A DNA stretch of 64,000 nt from an uncultured Gemmatimonadales bacterium (GCA_963793305.1 CAWBZV010000005.1:768001-832000), one strand, 5' to 3'. Shown: positions 23,134-33,045, numbered from the stretch's first letter. Notes: generated by a model not told the origin, from the sequence alone. Made by a program: numbers and translations.

Positions 23134-24170
23134 TCCGGCCGTCTCGGTGGCACGAGGTACTTGCTGTACAAATAGGCCGGAGAAAACGGGCCAATCTCCG
23201 AGTACGTCTGCCAGTTTTTGGGCACGTACACGGCGGCGCCGTTGGCCCGGCCATGCAACCCGAGATCTCGCTCGACCTCAGAGTTCACGCGATCGACTGC
23301 CACGAGCCAGGAAGTCGCATCAAAGTCGGCTACCAATTCATCATCGCGGTGCACCCGCCACCGCACTCTGTGATCCGGTCCGTCGATGAACGCGTCGATT
23401 CGGAACACCGATCGCCAGTGCTCTTCGCCACGTGGATGGATGTCCACCACCTTAAAGAGTGGACCGGTGACGCCAATGATCTGCTCGCAGTGCGCCCGGT
23501 ATGCTGCTTTGTGGTCGCCGCAGCGCCATGCAAAGTGGGACGGAAGGGTGCGCTCTACGCGTAGCTCTTGGTCGGCAGACCAGGGCGTCGCGCCCGAGTA
23601 GAAAGCCTCGAACGCTTCAATTTCCAACACCGGGATACCGAGGGCTGCGTAGTCGCGCGATTTGAACAGGTCGACTTGGTGCGTCGCGTGACATTCAAAA
23701 AACAGCATGTCGGTCTTGCCGCAGCCGACGCCTGCATCCGGGTTCCGGTATCCCCGCGTCTTATTGCGCCCGAGGCGTTTCGCCCCGAATACCACCGTCC
23801 ATCCCCAAGCAGCCGTGATCAGCTGCCGCCGGTCGCACGCCTCCACACGGCCGTCGGGACCTGGCGCGCCCGCGCATCGCACATCGATGATGAGCTTGTG
23901 GCAGCCCTTCATGGCTTCCGTCAACACCTTGATCAAATGCGCCTTCGCATTGGCATGTCGCGCAGTCTCGCCGTTCGAACTCGCGCATCGCACGTCCGAT
24001 TTGTGCGCGGCGTGAGGGACTAGCACGAGGCCCGCCTTGAGGGAGACTGCCCGGTCGCAGACGACGCACGTCGCCCGCGGTCGCTCGCCCACCGGAACGT
24101 GGATGTAGGCCGCAACGGGTTCCGGACGGCCGTCGATATTCGCGAACTGCATCGGTGCGGACTTCCTCAT
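23130..24170 (-). CDS. CoiA-like protein (N-terminal Zn-binding region, degenerate PD-(D/E)xK domain)
   Basis: CVVC..PHAAH..C..GETARHANAK; RNPDA...FFEC. Confidence 0.65.
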   Translation of the reverse strand: MRKSAPMQFANIDGRPEPVAAYIHVPVGERPRATCVVCDRAVSLKAGLVLVPHAAHKSDVRCASSNGETARHANAKAHLIKVLTEAMKGCHKLIIDVRCAGAPGPDGRVEACDRRQLITAAWGWTVVFGAKRLGRNKTRGYRNPDAGVGCGKTDMLFFECHATHQVDLFKSRDYAALGIPVLEIEAFEAFYSGATPWSADQELRVERTLPSHFAWRCGDHKAAYRAHCEQIIGVTGPLFKVVDIHPRGEEHWRSVFRIDAFIDGPDHRVRWRVHRDDELVADFDATSWLVAVDRVNSEVERDLGLHGRANGAAVYVPKNWQTYSEIGPFSPAYLYSKYLVPPRRPE

Positions 24171-24325
24171 CGGATGTGCTCCGGTATCGCGGCGGCATCA
24201 CGTGCCGCGAACGAGACCGTACTCGCACCTCCGGGCCGGGCCCTACGAGAAAACCGCCTTCTCAAATCTTTTAACGGAATCGTAATGTTGGATTCAGCCC
24301 TGCGGATGGCGTACGGTGTGGGTCT

Positions 24326-26183
24326 ATGTCGACTCAAGACCTGCTACACGACGCAAAGTGTCCGGGGCCCGGACACCCAAATTGTCCGGAACCGGGACGT
24401 CTTCCGCGCCGGCTCAAAACCGCTGACCTGCTAGTCCTCATCGGCCGATGCGGCGCGCTCGCTCCGGAGCAGCTCGCGGCGCTCGTGGCTCAATGCCTCC
24501 CGTCCGAACTGACAGCAGACAATGTGCTCCGGATCGACGCCGCCGTCAAGAAACTGGAGCGCGGTGGGCTTGCGGCCGTTCTGCGCGCGCGCACGACGCT
24601 CCATGTACTCCGCACGGCAATGCGCAGATTGTATCGAGCGACCGCCGCCCCTCCGATCAATCCTCCGAGCCCGGACGATTTGAAGGAAGCACGGCGCATC
24701 TTCGCGGCTTTGGCCGTGCCGCGGCGCTGGACCGAGGAGTCACAAATCCACGCCAGGGCGTTCTCTGGAACCGCGGACCGCTACTACGTTCGCCACAGGC
24801 TGAAGCGTCTCGCTCGGGCTGGCCTGCTAGAAGTTCGCTCGCTGAGGGATCCTCATTTCGTGCCAGTCGTGGCGCTCGCGCCGCCGGGCCGTTGGTGCGC
24901 GGTGCGCGAGGCAGCGCGGCGCGGACACACGCTGTCGACGCTGTCCGATGGTCCGCGCGAGGACGAGCTCGTACACCACCTCCTACTCATAGAGGCCGTC
25001 CTCCGCGTGCTGCGGCAGACTGGTGGCGAACTCGTTTCGGTGAGTGGAGACACAGCGCTTCGACGCCGGTCGCGGCGTGGTCGGCGGACGCGACGTGGCG
25101 ACCTGTTGGATCCCGTGCCAGACGCGGAATTAACGATTTCCGTCGATAGTCCCAACGCAGTCAGCCTCCACCATCAAACGATCGAGGTGCTGGTCAGCAA
25201 GTATTCAGACCGCGAGCTCAAAGCCAAGTATCGCGCGAACTGGGCACCGAGCACACTGTTCGTCGCCCCCACCGCGGCGCTGTGCGATCGGGTTGAGCAG
25301 CTCGTCGGCCGTCGACCGGAGCTGCTCGATCTGACGCCCGTCCCGACCGAACCACCGGCACTGCCTAACCCTCCTCCTGCGCCAATTGCGAAATCCGAAC
25401 CGCGGCCTGTGCAGCGGCAGCGACGGTACCATGCGCGATCCCGCATGGGACGATGCGATGCAGCCATCGTACGGCAGGTTGCGAGCTATCGCGTGCTACT
25501 GGTTCGGCAGATCGTCGATCATCTACGCGCCCCAAACCAACGCATTGCACGAAGCGCACGATACCGAACGGTCAGTCGGTTGATTCGTCGTGGTTTTCTC
25601 GCGAAAGGTCAATTGAGCGGCAGCACGGGTCACGGCGTGCTCCACTTCGTGACTGTCACCGAAATCGGCCGCGATTTGTTGAACCCTTCGGCTGCCGGCA
25701 CGGCCGCGCTGGCAACGCCACGAGTACTCGCTTCCGCCATCCTGCGCGATCGTTGGCTGCAATTCGCCGAGGTCGTGCTGACTCGCATCACGGGGGGATG
25801 GCACTTCGTACCGCGCGAGAAAGTCGGCGAGCTGTTTCATGAAGAGGCATTGAGAAGGGCAAAGCCCTGGGAGCGTCGCGACATACTGTGGATGGCCCGT
25901 ACGCCGGACATTGGACTACCAGGGCTCCACAACTCCGCGACCCAATGAAGTTCGCTTGTTGCTCTCGATCGATCACACCCGACGGTATGTTCGTCACCTG
26001 GCCGAGTTGTCGAAGCTCGCCCTATACAGAATGTTGGACCTCGAGCTGATCTGCACGTCGCCGGCATTGGAACCCACCGCCCGTCGCCGAATCGAGCAAT
26101 GGGCAGAGCGTTCCAGAATCAAGGTTGAGATCCATTGCGCATCCCATTGCACGATCCCTCGGACGCGTAGAATGGCGAAATAG
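24326..26183 (+). CDS. Replication-relaxation-like protein with repeated winged-helix modules; probable +1 frameshift near 25910-25945 (intact ORF is 24326-25948)
   Basis: LKRLARAGLL and VSRLIRRGFL wHTH-like motifs, HHLLL...VPDAEL...IEV pattern; ORF 25911-26183 continues in the +1 frame. Confidence 0.55.
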
Positions 26184-26444
26184 GTGCGGACAGGTTCTCG
26201 ATGCGACCTGTCCGCCATTTCACTCAGAGATTTCGCCTTTACAGGTGACACGTAGTCGACCTTTCCCATTTGCCTGTCGACACTTACGCAAATCGCGTAT
26301 CCGCGCACCCATACCAGAAATTCTGCCAGCGACGTACTTCGCTCCCCGAGCAAATGGGCGGGTGGGAGCCGGATTCTTTCTGGCCGCAGCGGGCGGAGAG
26401 GTAGTGAATCGTGTCCTTCCCTATCGCCTACGCGGAGTCTCCCC

Positions 26445-26816
26445 ATGCGTCCTCCAGCGCCTCGTTCGGTCAGCACCGGGCAGGTAATCAACCCGATCCA
26501 CCAGCAGGGAGAACGTGTCGTCGAACGATTCTACGACCAGGCAGGCCGACTGCGGTGTGAACGCATTCGCGAGTCCCTCGCGCAGGACTGGACAGCTGTT
26601 GAAGAGGAACCCGACTACGCGGAGACGGCTCCGGCGGGCTGCCTCACTGCAACAGCAAACGCCGTGATCTGTGCGGCGCTGTTCATTGGCCTGGCCGCAA
26701 TCGGAGCTGTCGTGGGACGTTGGATGGGTGGCCCCGTAGGCGCCGCCATCGGCTTGGTTAGTGTTGTAATCGCCGGGTTATGGTGGGTACAACGTGACTC
26801 GGCCGAGGCCTCATGA
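26445..26816 (+). CDS. Small membrane protein with two C-terminal TM helices (start uncertain)
   Basis: Two hydrophobic Gly/Ala-rich segments. Confidence 0.45.
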   Translation: MRPPAPRSVSTGQVINPIHQQGERVVERFYDQAGRLRCERIRESLAQDWTAVEEEPDYAETAPAGCLTATANAVICAALFIGLAAIGAVVGRWMGGPVGAAIGLVSVVIAGLWWVQRDSAEAS

Positions 26817-27262
26817 CGGACGCACGAGTCGGAGGTGCCGCCCGGTCGGGCTTCGGCCGCCTCCCTCGCGCCTTCGTCGCCTGTCCATCGAACCGCGGCA
26901 TACAGCCGTGGCATTGCGAACCGCAACACCTCGATGTCAGCGTCTCCGTCTGACGGCAGATCGGCCGGTCCACGCGTCCACTCCGCGCCTGAGGCGATCT
27001 CGCGAGCGCGTTCGCTCTCACCCGTGAAGAAACTCTGCGGCAGGTCCTCGTCGAAGAAGATTCGACGCTCCGGTTGGGGCTCTTGCGCCGTTTCCTGCCG
27101 AGGTGAAGATGTCCGTTCGCTGATCATGCTTCCGGCCCAGGCGACGAAGATGGCGCCCGAAAGCGCGAACGCTGGACTGACTTGCGTGGCCGATCCTAAA
27201 GCGGCAGCCGCCAGCGCGACTGCGGCCACGTACATGAGTTGCACTACTCGATCAGGCTTCAC
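26615..27262 (-). CDS. Hypothetical membrane protein (3' extent uncertain, overlaps the opposite-strand ORF)
   Basis: GTG overlaps the stop of the upstream ORF; two N-terminal TM segments. Confidence 0.4.
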   Translation of the reverse strand: MKPDRVVQLMYVAAVALAAAALGSATQVSPAFALSGAIFVAWAGSMISERTSSPRQETAQEPQPERRIFFDEDLPQSFFTGESERAREIASGAEWTRGPADLPSDGDADIEVLRFAMPRLYAAVRWTGDEGAREAAEARPGGTSDSCVRHEASAESRCTHHNPAITTLTKPMAAPTGPPIQRPTTAPIAARPMNSAAQITAFAVAVRQPAGAVSA

Positions 27263-28095
27263 GTTTGCCCGTCCATACGGGGGATTTCGATGCGTGGGTA
27301 TTCCTGGCCGTTGCGGCTGTCCGCCAAGTGATGAAATTCCGCAAACAGACCGACTCGACGACATGTTGTCGTAGCAGGTGGGAAGTCCAGGGGGTCATCG
27401 CTGGGCACGACCTTGAGCAGCAGGTCGGGGCTTGCGAACCCCGGATGCTCGTCAAGCGACACTGCGACTAGCACCGCGGGCACGTCGCCTCGCAGCATGC
27501 CGATGAGAGCGGCCCGGTCGAGCATGATATCCTTATCCTGCAGTCCTGCCGGCAGCCAGGGAATAACCGTTCGCACGAACGCGCGCTCGAGCCGGCGTGC
27601 CTCGTCCTGATCTCCGGAGGCGCGAGCTTCGCCCGTCAGCCGCCCCGCCAACGCGGCCGCTCTCGACCACTTCTCGCGATTGAGCCGACGTTGGACCTGT
27701 GCCGGTGACATCGTCTCCGGATCAGTAGCACCCTCCGCCGCGATCTCAGCATCAAACGCTTGCCGCCCACCCGTGCCGTACAGCCAGAGCTCGTCCATCC
27801 AATGGCACAACCGCTCTGTCGCCGTCGCCATCTCGGCGAGGTACGAGGGGAACCTCGCGACATTGAGGCGCCGTGTGCGCCACTGGCTGACGAGCCGTTT
27901 CACGTCGCGATAGCGCCTCATAAGCTCACGCCAGTCGTCCTCGGCGAACGGCAACTCTCTCGCACGCGATGTCACGCGGCGCTCCAGCCCAGAAGCGTTC
28001 GGCGCATTTGCCGCTGACAGCACTTGTGCAGTATCGCTATGCCGCCGTCGGTGGGCCGGACCGGGATCGCCGGCGGCCGTAGATTGGCCCGACAC
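27259..28095 (-). CDS. Hypothetical protein
   Basis: 278-aa ORF in a co-oriented minus-strand run. Confidence 0.5.
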   Translation of the reverse strand: MSGQSTAAGDPGPAHRRRHSDTAQVLSAANAPNASGLERRVTSRARELPFAEDDWRELMRRYRDVKRLVSQWRTRRLNVARFPSYLAEMATATERLCHWMDELWLYGTGGRQAFDAEIAAEGATDPETMSPAQVQRRLNREKWSRAAALAGRLTGEARASGDQDEARRLERAFVRTVIPWLPAGLQDKDIMLDRAALIGMLRGDVPAVLVAVSLDEHPGFASPDLLLKVVPSDDPLDFPPATTTCRRVGLFAEFHHLADSRNGQEYPRIEIPRMDGQT

Positions 28096-28478
28096 GTAAT
28101 TGGCGGTCGACCAGTGAAGCGGTTTACGCGTTGCGTCTCACGCTCCCGCCGGATGCGATTCAACTCTTCGCGGCTGATCTCGCGTGGCCGAATCATGTCG
28201 AGGCGTTGGAGTCTTTCGCCGAACTCTTCCCAGCTCACGCCATAGGCAGCGAGATACGTTCGCAGTCTCGATACAGAGATCGGCCACGTGCCTCGCTCGT
28301 GCTTGATCAAGTTGCAAGGGTAGAAGCCGCCAAGAATTCCCGCTTGGATGAGACTCAACTGTCGGTCGGTGCGCAGCTCTTCCAAGACCCTGCCAACGAG
28401 CTTGGCCAATCGGCGATCGAAGCCAGGGTACACGCGCTGGTTGCGCGGGACTGCAACGCGGACGTTTGCTGCCCGCAT
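27972..28478 (-). CDS. XRE-family HTH protein
   Basis: GRVLEELRTDRQLSL...HERGTWPISVSRLRTYLAAYGVS. Confidence 0.7.
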   Translation of the reverse strand: MRAANVRVAVPRNQRVYPGFDRRLAKLVGRVLEELRTDRQLSLIQAGILGGFYPCNLIKHERGTWPISVSRLRTYLAAYGVSWEEFGERLQRLDMIRPREISREELNRIRRERETQRVNRFTGRPPITCRANLRPPAIPVRPTDGGIAILHKCCQRQMRRTLLGWSAA

Positions 28479-28482
28479 CCGA

Positions 28483-29025
28483 TCAGCCCTCGCCCGCCGA
28501 CTCGCAGTCGTTGAACGCGCCCGCATAGCGCCCAACGTCGAACGTCAGGACAGCGAAGCCAGGCGCGATCTCGGCGAGCCGCTCCACGTACGCGATGGTC
28601 GTCCGCATCCACCGCCCCGTGGTCCGACCAGTTGCGACCTCGCGCAGGTGGATGCGATCTCCGGGACGGAACTGTTCCGCGTCGCGCACAATGTGCCAGG
28701 GTCGGTAGCCCTCCACGAGCATCTGGTAGGCATCGGGCTCGACATCCTGGACATGGAATGCGCGAAACTCCGCAGGCTGACAGCGCCGGCCGAGGTCCGA
28801 TTCGTCGAGATCCAGCGCGTCGGCCAGCTGCAAGATCGTTGTGTACGAGACGTCCACCCGGCCATCCTCCAGCGCGGCAAGCTCACTTTCCGCCAGGCCG
28901 GCCCGCGGGGCGATCTCCGATAGCGCCCGCCCCCGCGCCACGCGGTAGTGGCGGACCAGCTTGCCGAAGGCTGCCAAGGCCACGAGACGCTGAGGATCGG
29001 CGACGAGGGTCACTGAGAAGTCCAT
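28483..29025 (-). CDS. XRE-family HTH fused to a DUF3850/ASCH-like domain
   Basis: FGKLVRHYR...LEDGRVDVS...LADALDL, then FRPGDRIHLRE..TGR..IAYV..GFAVL. Confidence 0.7.
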   Translation of the reverse strand: MDFSVTLVADPQRLVALAAFGKLVRHYRVARGRALSEIAPRAGLAESELAALEDGRVDVSYTTILQLADALDLDESDLGRRCQPAEFRAFHVQDVEPDAYQMLVEGYRPWHIVRDAEQFRPGDRIHLREVATGRTTGRWMRTTIAYVERLAEIAPGFAVLTFDVGRYAGAFNDCESAGEG

Positions 29026-29085
29026 TTGCTTAGGAGTACCACACGACAAGTCGAAGCGTTAAGCGAGGGTCGTGGTCGATCATAC

Positions 29086-29946
29086 CTATCGACCGACTCG
29101 AAAAGGGTCGAATGAACTGACCGCCTCCCGATACGGCTGGATGAACCGGGTGCGGAAGTCCATCAGGGCTGACTCGAGCCCGTATTGTCGTCGCCACTGT
29201 ACCGGTGTAAGGCCAGTCAGTCGGCAAAACGTGCGGGCCAGCGCCTGCGCTGACGATGCATTGACCGCGTTGGCGATCGCGGTCACGCTCCAGGTCGTCG
29301 ACTCACACAGATACGCGAACCGGACCACGAATCCCACCTCGACGTACTTCCTCGGCGAGGGGATCCCGATCCGCGCGAACCGGGCCACGAGCGCACCGGG
29401 CCGGACGCCGTTCCGTTGGCAGATGTCACGGACCATAGTCACATCACCGCGAAACACGGTTTCGATAAACCGGAGCCAGCCCTTGGTCGCAGTCTCGCCC
29501 AGCGTGTCTCGCACGACCGCCAAGCCTTGCAAGACCACCGGTGTCGGCAACCGATCCAGAGCGGCACTCAACTGCGCCCAGCCGCTCGTCCCTGCGCGAA
29601 GGTCCACGACAGGCTCGGCTCCCAGGCGTCCGAGAGCGGCCACTCGCGGCACGACCCCGTCCAACGTTTCTTGGGTAACGAGACCGACCATTGGGAGGTG
29701 TGGGAAAGCGGATCGAAGTCGCGTGAGTAGAGGGGCCGATCGCTCGTCGAGGCGCGCCGACGAAGCGAGTATCCCATGCGCTTGGCCAGTGGCGAACGCC
29801 CGGTGGACCGCAGATAGGTCATCCACAGCGATCGTCTTCACCCGTCCCGCAAGCGACGCCTGGAGACTTGCCCGTTCTCTGGGCGTAGCCCAGATCGCCA
29901 GGGTCGCTTGATCCGTCGGCACCACGAGTGTCCTGGGCGCGCGCAC
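29086..29946 (-). CDS. AraC-family transcriptional regulator
   Basis: C-terminal SVTAIANAV...ALARTFCRLTGLTPVQWRR. Confidence 0.75.
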   Translation of the reverse strand: MRAPRTLVVPTDQATLAIWATPRERASLQASLAGRVKTIAVDDLSAVHRAFATGQAHGILASSARLDERSAPLLTRLRSAFPHLPMVGLVTQETLDGVVPRVAALGRLGAEPVVDLRAGTSGWAQLSAALDRLPTPVVLQGLAVVRDTLGETATKGWLRFIETVFRGDVTMVRDICQRNGVRPGALVARFARIGIPSPRKYVEVGFVVRFAYLCESTTWSVTAIANAVNASSAQALARTFCRLTGLTPVQWRRQYGLESALMDFRTRFIQPYREAVSSFDPFRVGR

Positions 29947-29952
29947 GGTTTT

Positions 29953-30037
29953 AAACTAATACCGACAGCGGTAATGTCAATAGCGGTAATACCGGTAGCG
30001 GTATTGTCGGCGGTGAACATGTGCCGTACTCTGGCAT
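29953..30037. promoter_or_regulatory. Divergent sigma70-type promoters overlapping three tandem operator-like sites
   Basis: Palindromes TACCG-N4-CGGTA at 29960 and 29990, degenerate copy at 29975; plus strand TTGTCG-N17-TACTCT; minus strand TTGACA-N16-TAGTTT. Confidence 0.7.
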
Positions 30038-30277
30038 ATGCGCGTCCGGATTTCAGAGCTGATGCGAGCTCGTGGCATCGCTACGGCCTACATGCTGGCG
30101 AAGCAATCCAACGGCGCCATCACGAACAACGTCGCCTACCGACTCGTTCAGACTGACGGCCGGTTCGAGCGCTTCACCGCCGCCCTACTCGACGCGCTAT
30201 GCGACGTTTTCGACGTTGGGCCAGGCGAGTTACTGGAGTACGAGGGTAAGGCGCGGAGGCGCAGGGCAGGGAACTAG
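30038..30277 (+). CDS. Cro/C1-type (HTH_26-like) regulator
   Basis: RISELMRARGI...LDALCDVFDVGPGELLEY. Confidence 0.85.
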   Translation: MRVRISELMRARGIATAYMLAKQSNGAITNNVAYRLVQTDGRFERFTAALLDALCDVFDVGPGELLEYEGKARRRRAGN

Positions 30278-30297
30278 GGGCGCCTGCCGGTGCTGCA

Positions 30298-31700
30298 CTA
30301 AATGCCAGTCCCACCCCAGAGAGCCGCGTTCACTCTTCTCAGGATCGCATTTCCACAGAATTCACAGCCGGGTTGCCGGGGGCGCAACACGCGCCGGCGC
30401 GCCAGAGGTGGATGCCACGGGCTGATCCGCCAATAGTTGTAGTTTCTCGTGTGCTGAACGTCGGAGAGCCAGCGGACCAGTTCGAGGGCGAGCATGGTGC
30501 CCGCCAATACCGAAACAAACGCGAATGGCGCGATGATCTGCCGGCCCGCGACAGTGCCGAGATGCCCCTCTGCGCAGAGTTGCTTGAAGAGCGTGTCGTA
30601 CGCGGTACCGACTAGTTGCGCAGTAACAAGCCCAGGATACCTCTGTGCTATGATCTCGGCTGCCGGAACTGATATGCGTTCAGCTCGGACCATTGCAACG
30701 GATACGCCCAGGTGATCGGCAATATGCTGTTCACGAGTCAGTTCTTCATTGTCGGGCTCGTAGATGCAGCTCAGACAACCTGAATCGGTCGGCTGGATAT
30801 GATGGTGCAGAACGATTTCCCGAATATCCGTCGTTGAAGCGTCGAACACTTCGCCCGGCATTTCGTTTTGCAACGATCGCCGGGCACGCCGACTGTCGAC
30901 TGCGACGACAAGCCGGCGTAACCACGGCCCCTCCGATTTTTCGGGGAGGTCCTGTAGCCGCGAATATCGCGGGACGAGTGTGAGGCGCGGAAAGAAGGGT
31001 TGCGCTTTTTCTGCTAAGCACTCTGCTTTGGGCGAGTTGATGTCATCCGATTCGAACCAGATTTGCCGATTTAGATTCCCAGAGGCCACCTTGTCGTCAT
31101 CCACGATCTCGAAACGTCCCCGTAGGTCTAGAATGACGCGCTGCCCAGAGGAGAGCATTGCCAATAGCTCCTGCTCCGGCGACGTAAGCGTGACCAAGGT
31201 CTATCGGCCGTTCGATTGAATCGAGATCGATCCCGAGTTGGGTAAAGTCCAAGAATGAGCGGATCTGACGCGCCGAACGGGAGCCTACTGCCCAAGGCGC
31301 GGTGTAGAGCAGCAGCAGACGCGTAACAGGCAATCATCAAGCACAAGATCGCCGGAACCTGCGAGCACTCCTTTGAGCTGACGTGGCATCCGATGACTGC
31401 TTGATCGAGATCCACTAGAACGCGGATCGCTTTGGTTCCCGTTTGTGGTGCCGCCGCTCCGATCACGAGTTCGGCCGCTGCTTCCGAATCCGCCAACGTC
31501 GACACGGATTGCGCCGTGCGACTGAGTAACGCAATAACCTCATGGCAGATACGTTGTGCCACACGATCGTTGGGATCTGCCGTGACAACGATCGAGAGTT
31601 CGAGTGCTTTGGATGCCTCGGTGATATGAATTCCGAGCGCCTGAGCGAGGGCAGCAGCGTTCTCGCGGCGAGCCTCCGGCGTCAGGTGATCCGCAGGCAT
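30298..31700 (-). CDS. bilD: Ubiquitin E1-like (ThiF family) enzyme, about 466 aa after correcting two +1 frameshifts (31251-31252 and 31132-31133)
   Basis: GAGAIG, VDDDKVASGNLNRQ, AVDSRRAR, CLSC and CEFC zinc motifs, candidate catalytic Cys in QLCAEG; motifs lie in three consecutive frames. Confidence 0.8.
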
Positions 31701-32146
31701 TCGTGCTCCAGCTGTGCTCTTGGCACTTCAACCCAACGTGCGGCGGCTGTGAAATGATAAGTCTTGGCCTCGTCGAGGAAATTCGAGACGGTTGTGGCGG
31801 ATGCAAAGTGGGGTACTACCAGCGACAACGCGCCCTCATGACGGATAATTGCCCAGCGATCGTCCGCCGTGGAATGGAATGCTTCGCCAGGATGCGAATG
31901 AACCTGAGCAGCTACCATAAGCCGACGCTTTCTTAGCTCTGCATACAGTGCTGTCATTCCCGCCGGGGGAATTTCAAACATGTCTTCGCTCGCATTCTGC
32001 ATCGGTCGATAGGCTTCTTCGACCTGAAGAAGTGCACCGTTGCGCCGACCCAGCCAAAGCACGATGCACTCGCAGTTGTCTTGACCCGCATCGCGCAAAT
32101 GAGTGAGCGTCAAATCAACGAGCGCAGGAGGGCAGAGCGTTAACAT
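31682..32146 (-). CDS. bilC: JAB/MPN metallopeptidase (DUB-like)
   Basis: N-terminal Glu (ECIV) and QVHSHPGEAFHSTADD JAMM motif. Confidence 0.88.
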   Translation of the reverse strand: MLTLCPPALVDLTLTHLRDAGQDNCECIVLWLGRRNGALLQVEEAYRPMQNASEDMFEIPPAGMTALYAELRKRRLMVAAQVHSHPGEAFHSTADDRWAIIRHEGALSLVVPHFASATTVSNFLDEAKTYHFTAAARWVEVPRAQLEHECLRIT

Positions 32147-32584
32147 CTACCCTTGTCCTTTCTGCCAGGCGCGCCATACTTGGGTCAATATGCCGCCGAG
32201 GTCGTAGCTGGAGGCATCCCTAAGATTCTGCCAGAGATCGCTCACGTGGCTCGGGTGCGTGTGGTATTCTCGTGAGCCCCGCATGCAGATGAACAATCGA
32301 TTGGTGATCGGGTGTGGTCCGGGATGAAACACGCCCGTCGGGTTCGACAGCGCGGTCGTCAGCAATGAGCCATCGGCCGCATGGAGCGTTATTGACGGCG
32401 GTAGATCATTCCAGTCGTTACAAGTGAACCGAACCCGTAGCGGAGTTCGACCGATCGCAGTGAACGAACAGTCGATAATCGGAAATTCAAGCGCGTGAAG
32501 AGTCCATCCACGACGCTGTGCTAACGCCGGAGACAAAGAACCCACATCGCGTTCGAACAATTCCTTGGCGGCGGCCGGATGCAT
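32147..32584 (-). CDS. bilB: Bacterial E2-like conjugating enzyme
   Basis: WNDLPPSI and HPITNRLFICMRGSREYHTHPSH with candidate catalytic Cys; lies between the Ubl and JAB genes. Confidence 0.75.
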   Translation of the reverse strand: MHPAAAKELFERDVGSLSPALAQRRGWTLHALEFPIIDCSFTAIGRTPLRVRFTCNDWNDLPPSITLHAADGSLLTTALSNPTGVFHPGPHPITNRLFICMRGSREYHTHPSHVSDLWQNLRDASSYDLGGILTQVWRAWQKGQG

Positions 32585-32898
32585 TACCCCCCTCCGCCCT
32601 CGCTCGGACCCCAGTCGATCTCCACCTCGCCGGCGAGGCCGTGCTGTTGGTAGGTCAGCGCAATGTTGATTTCACGCTTGCCCGAGGGTAGCGTGACGGT
32701 CGCAACCCAGCCCGTCGTGTCTTTGATCTTTAATTCCGCTTTGGCCTTGTGCAGGCCGACCTCCACCTTCTGGTCGATGGGCACTCGGTTGAATCCCTCG
32801 GCGGGATAGAAGCCCGCGGTAGTCGAAACCGAGACCTCCACGAAATGCTCGCGCTTGTGTTCATCGGCCGAGCCATGGCTCGATTGCCCCATACTCAT
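32584..32898 (-). CDS. bilA: Single-domain ubiquitin-like protein
   Basis: 104 aa, beta-grasp-like pattern, C-terminus PSEGGGG; TAATG coupling to the E2 gene. Confidence 0.75.
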   Translation of the reverse strand: MSMGQSSHGSADEHKREHFVEVSVSTTAGFYPAEGFNRVPIDQKVEVGLHKAKAELKIKDTTGWVATVTLPSGKREINIALTYQQHGLAGEVEIDWGPSEGGGG

Positions 32899-32910
32899 CT
32901 CCGTCGCTCC

Positions 32911-33015
32911 TGACTTGAGAAGTCACATATGATGCAATTTATGGCCATTTTATACATTGTCAATGGCCGATGAATATATCAAAAACGTTGCTTTTTTGGC
33001 CTGAAGCAGTATAAT
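32911..33015. promoter_or_regulatory. Back-to-back promoters with inverted repeats
   Basis: Minus strand TTGACA(32963-32958)-N16-TAAATT; plus strand TTGCTT(32988)-N16-TATAAT(33010); palindromes TGACTT-GAG-AAGTCA and GGCCATT-N12-AATGGCC. Confidence 0.7.
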
Positions 33016-33045
33016 TCCAGAGCACCAAATCGGAGAGACGAGGCT

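Noticed and set aside
29957..30015. CRISPR or iteron array
   Set aside because: Only three 15-bp units with no unique spacers; they are palindromic and overlap promoter elements, so operators fit better; no cas genes in the window
31097..31333. Programmed ribosomal frameshifting in the E1 gene
   Set aside because: No slippery heptamer is evident, and the same +1 pattern occurs in unrelated genes
30298..32898. ThiF/ThiS or MoeB/MoaD cofactor biosynthesis operon, or CBASS
   Set aside because: An E2-like gene and a JAB gene are present, there are no thi/moa genes, and no CD-NTase cyclase is adjacent
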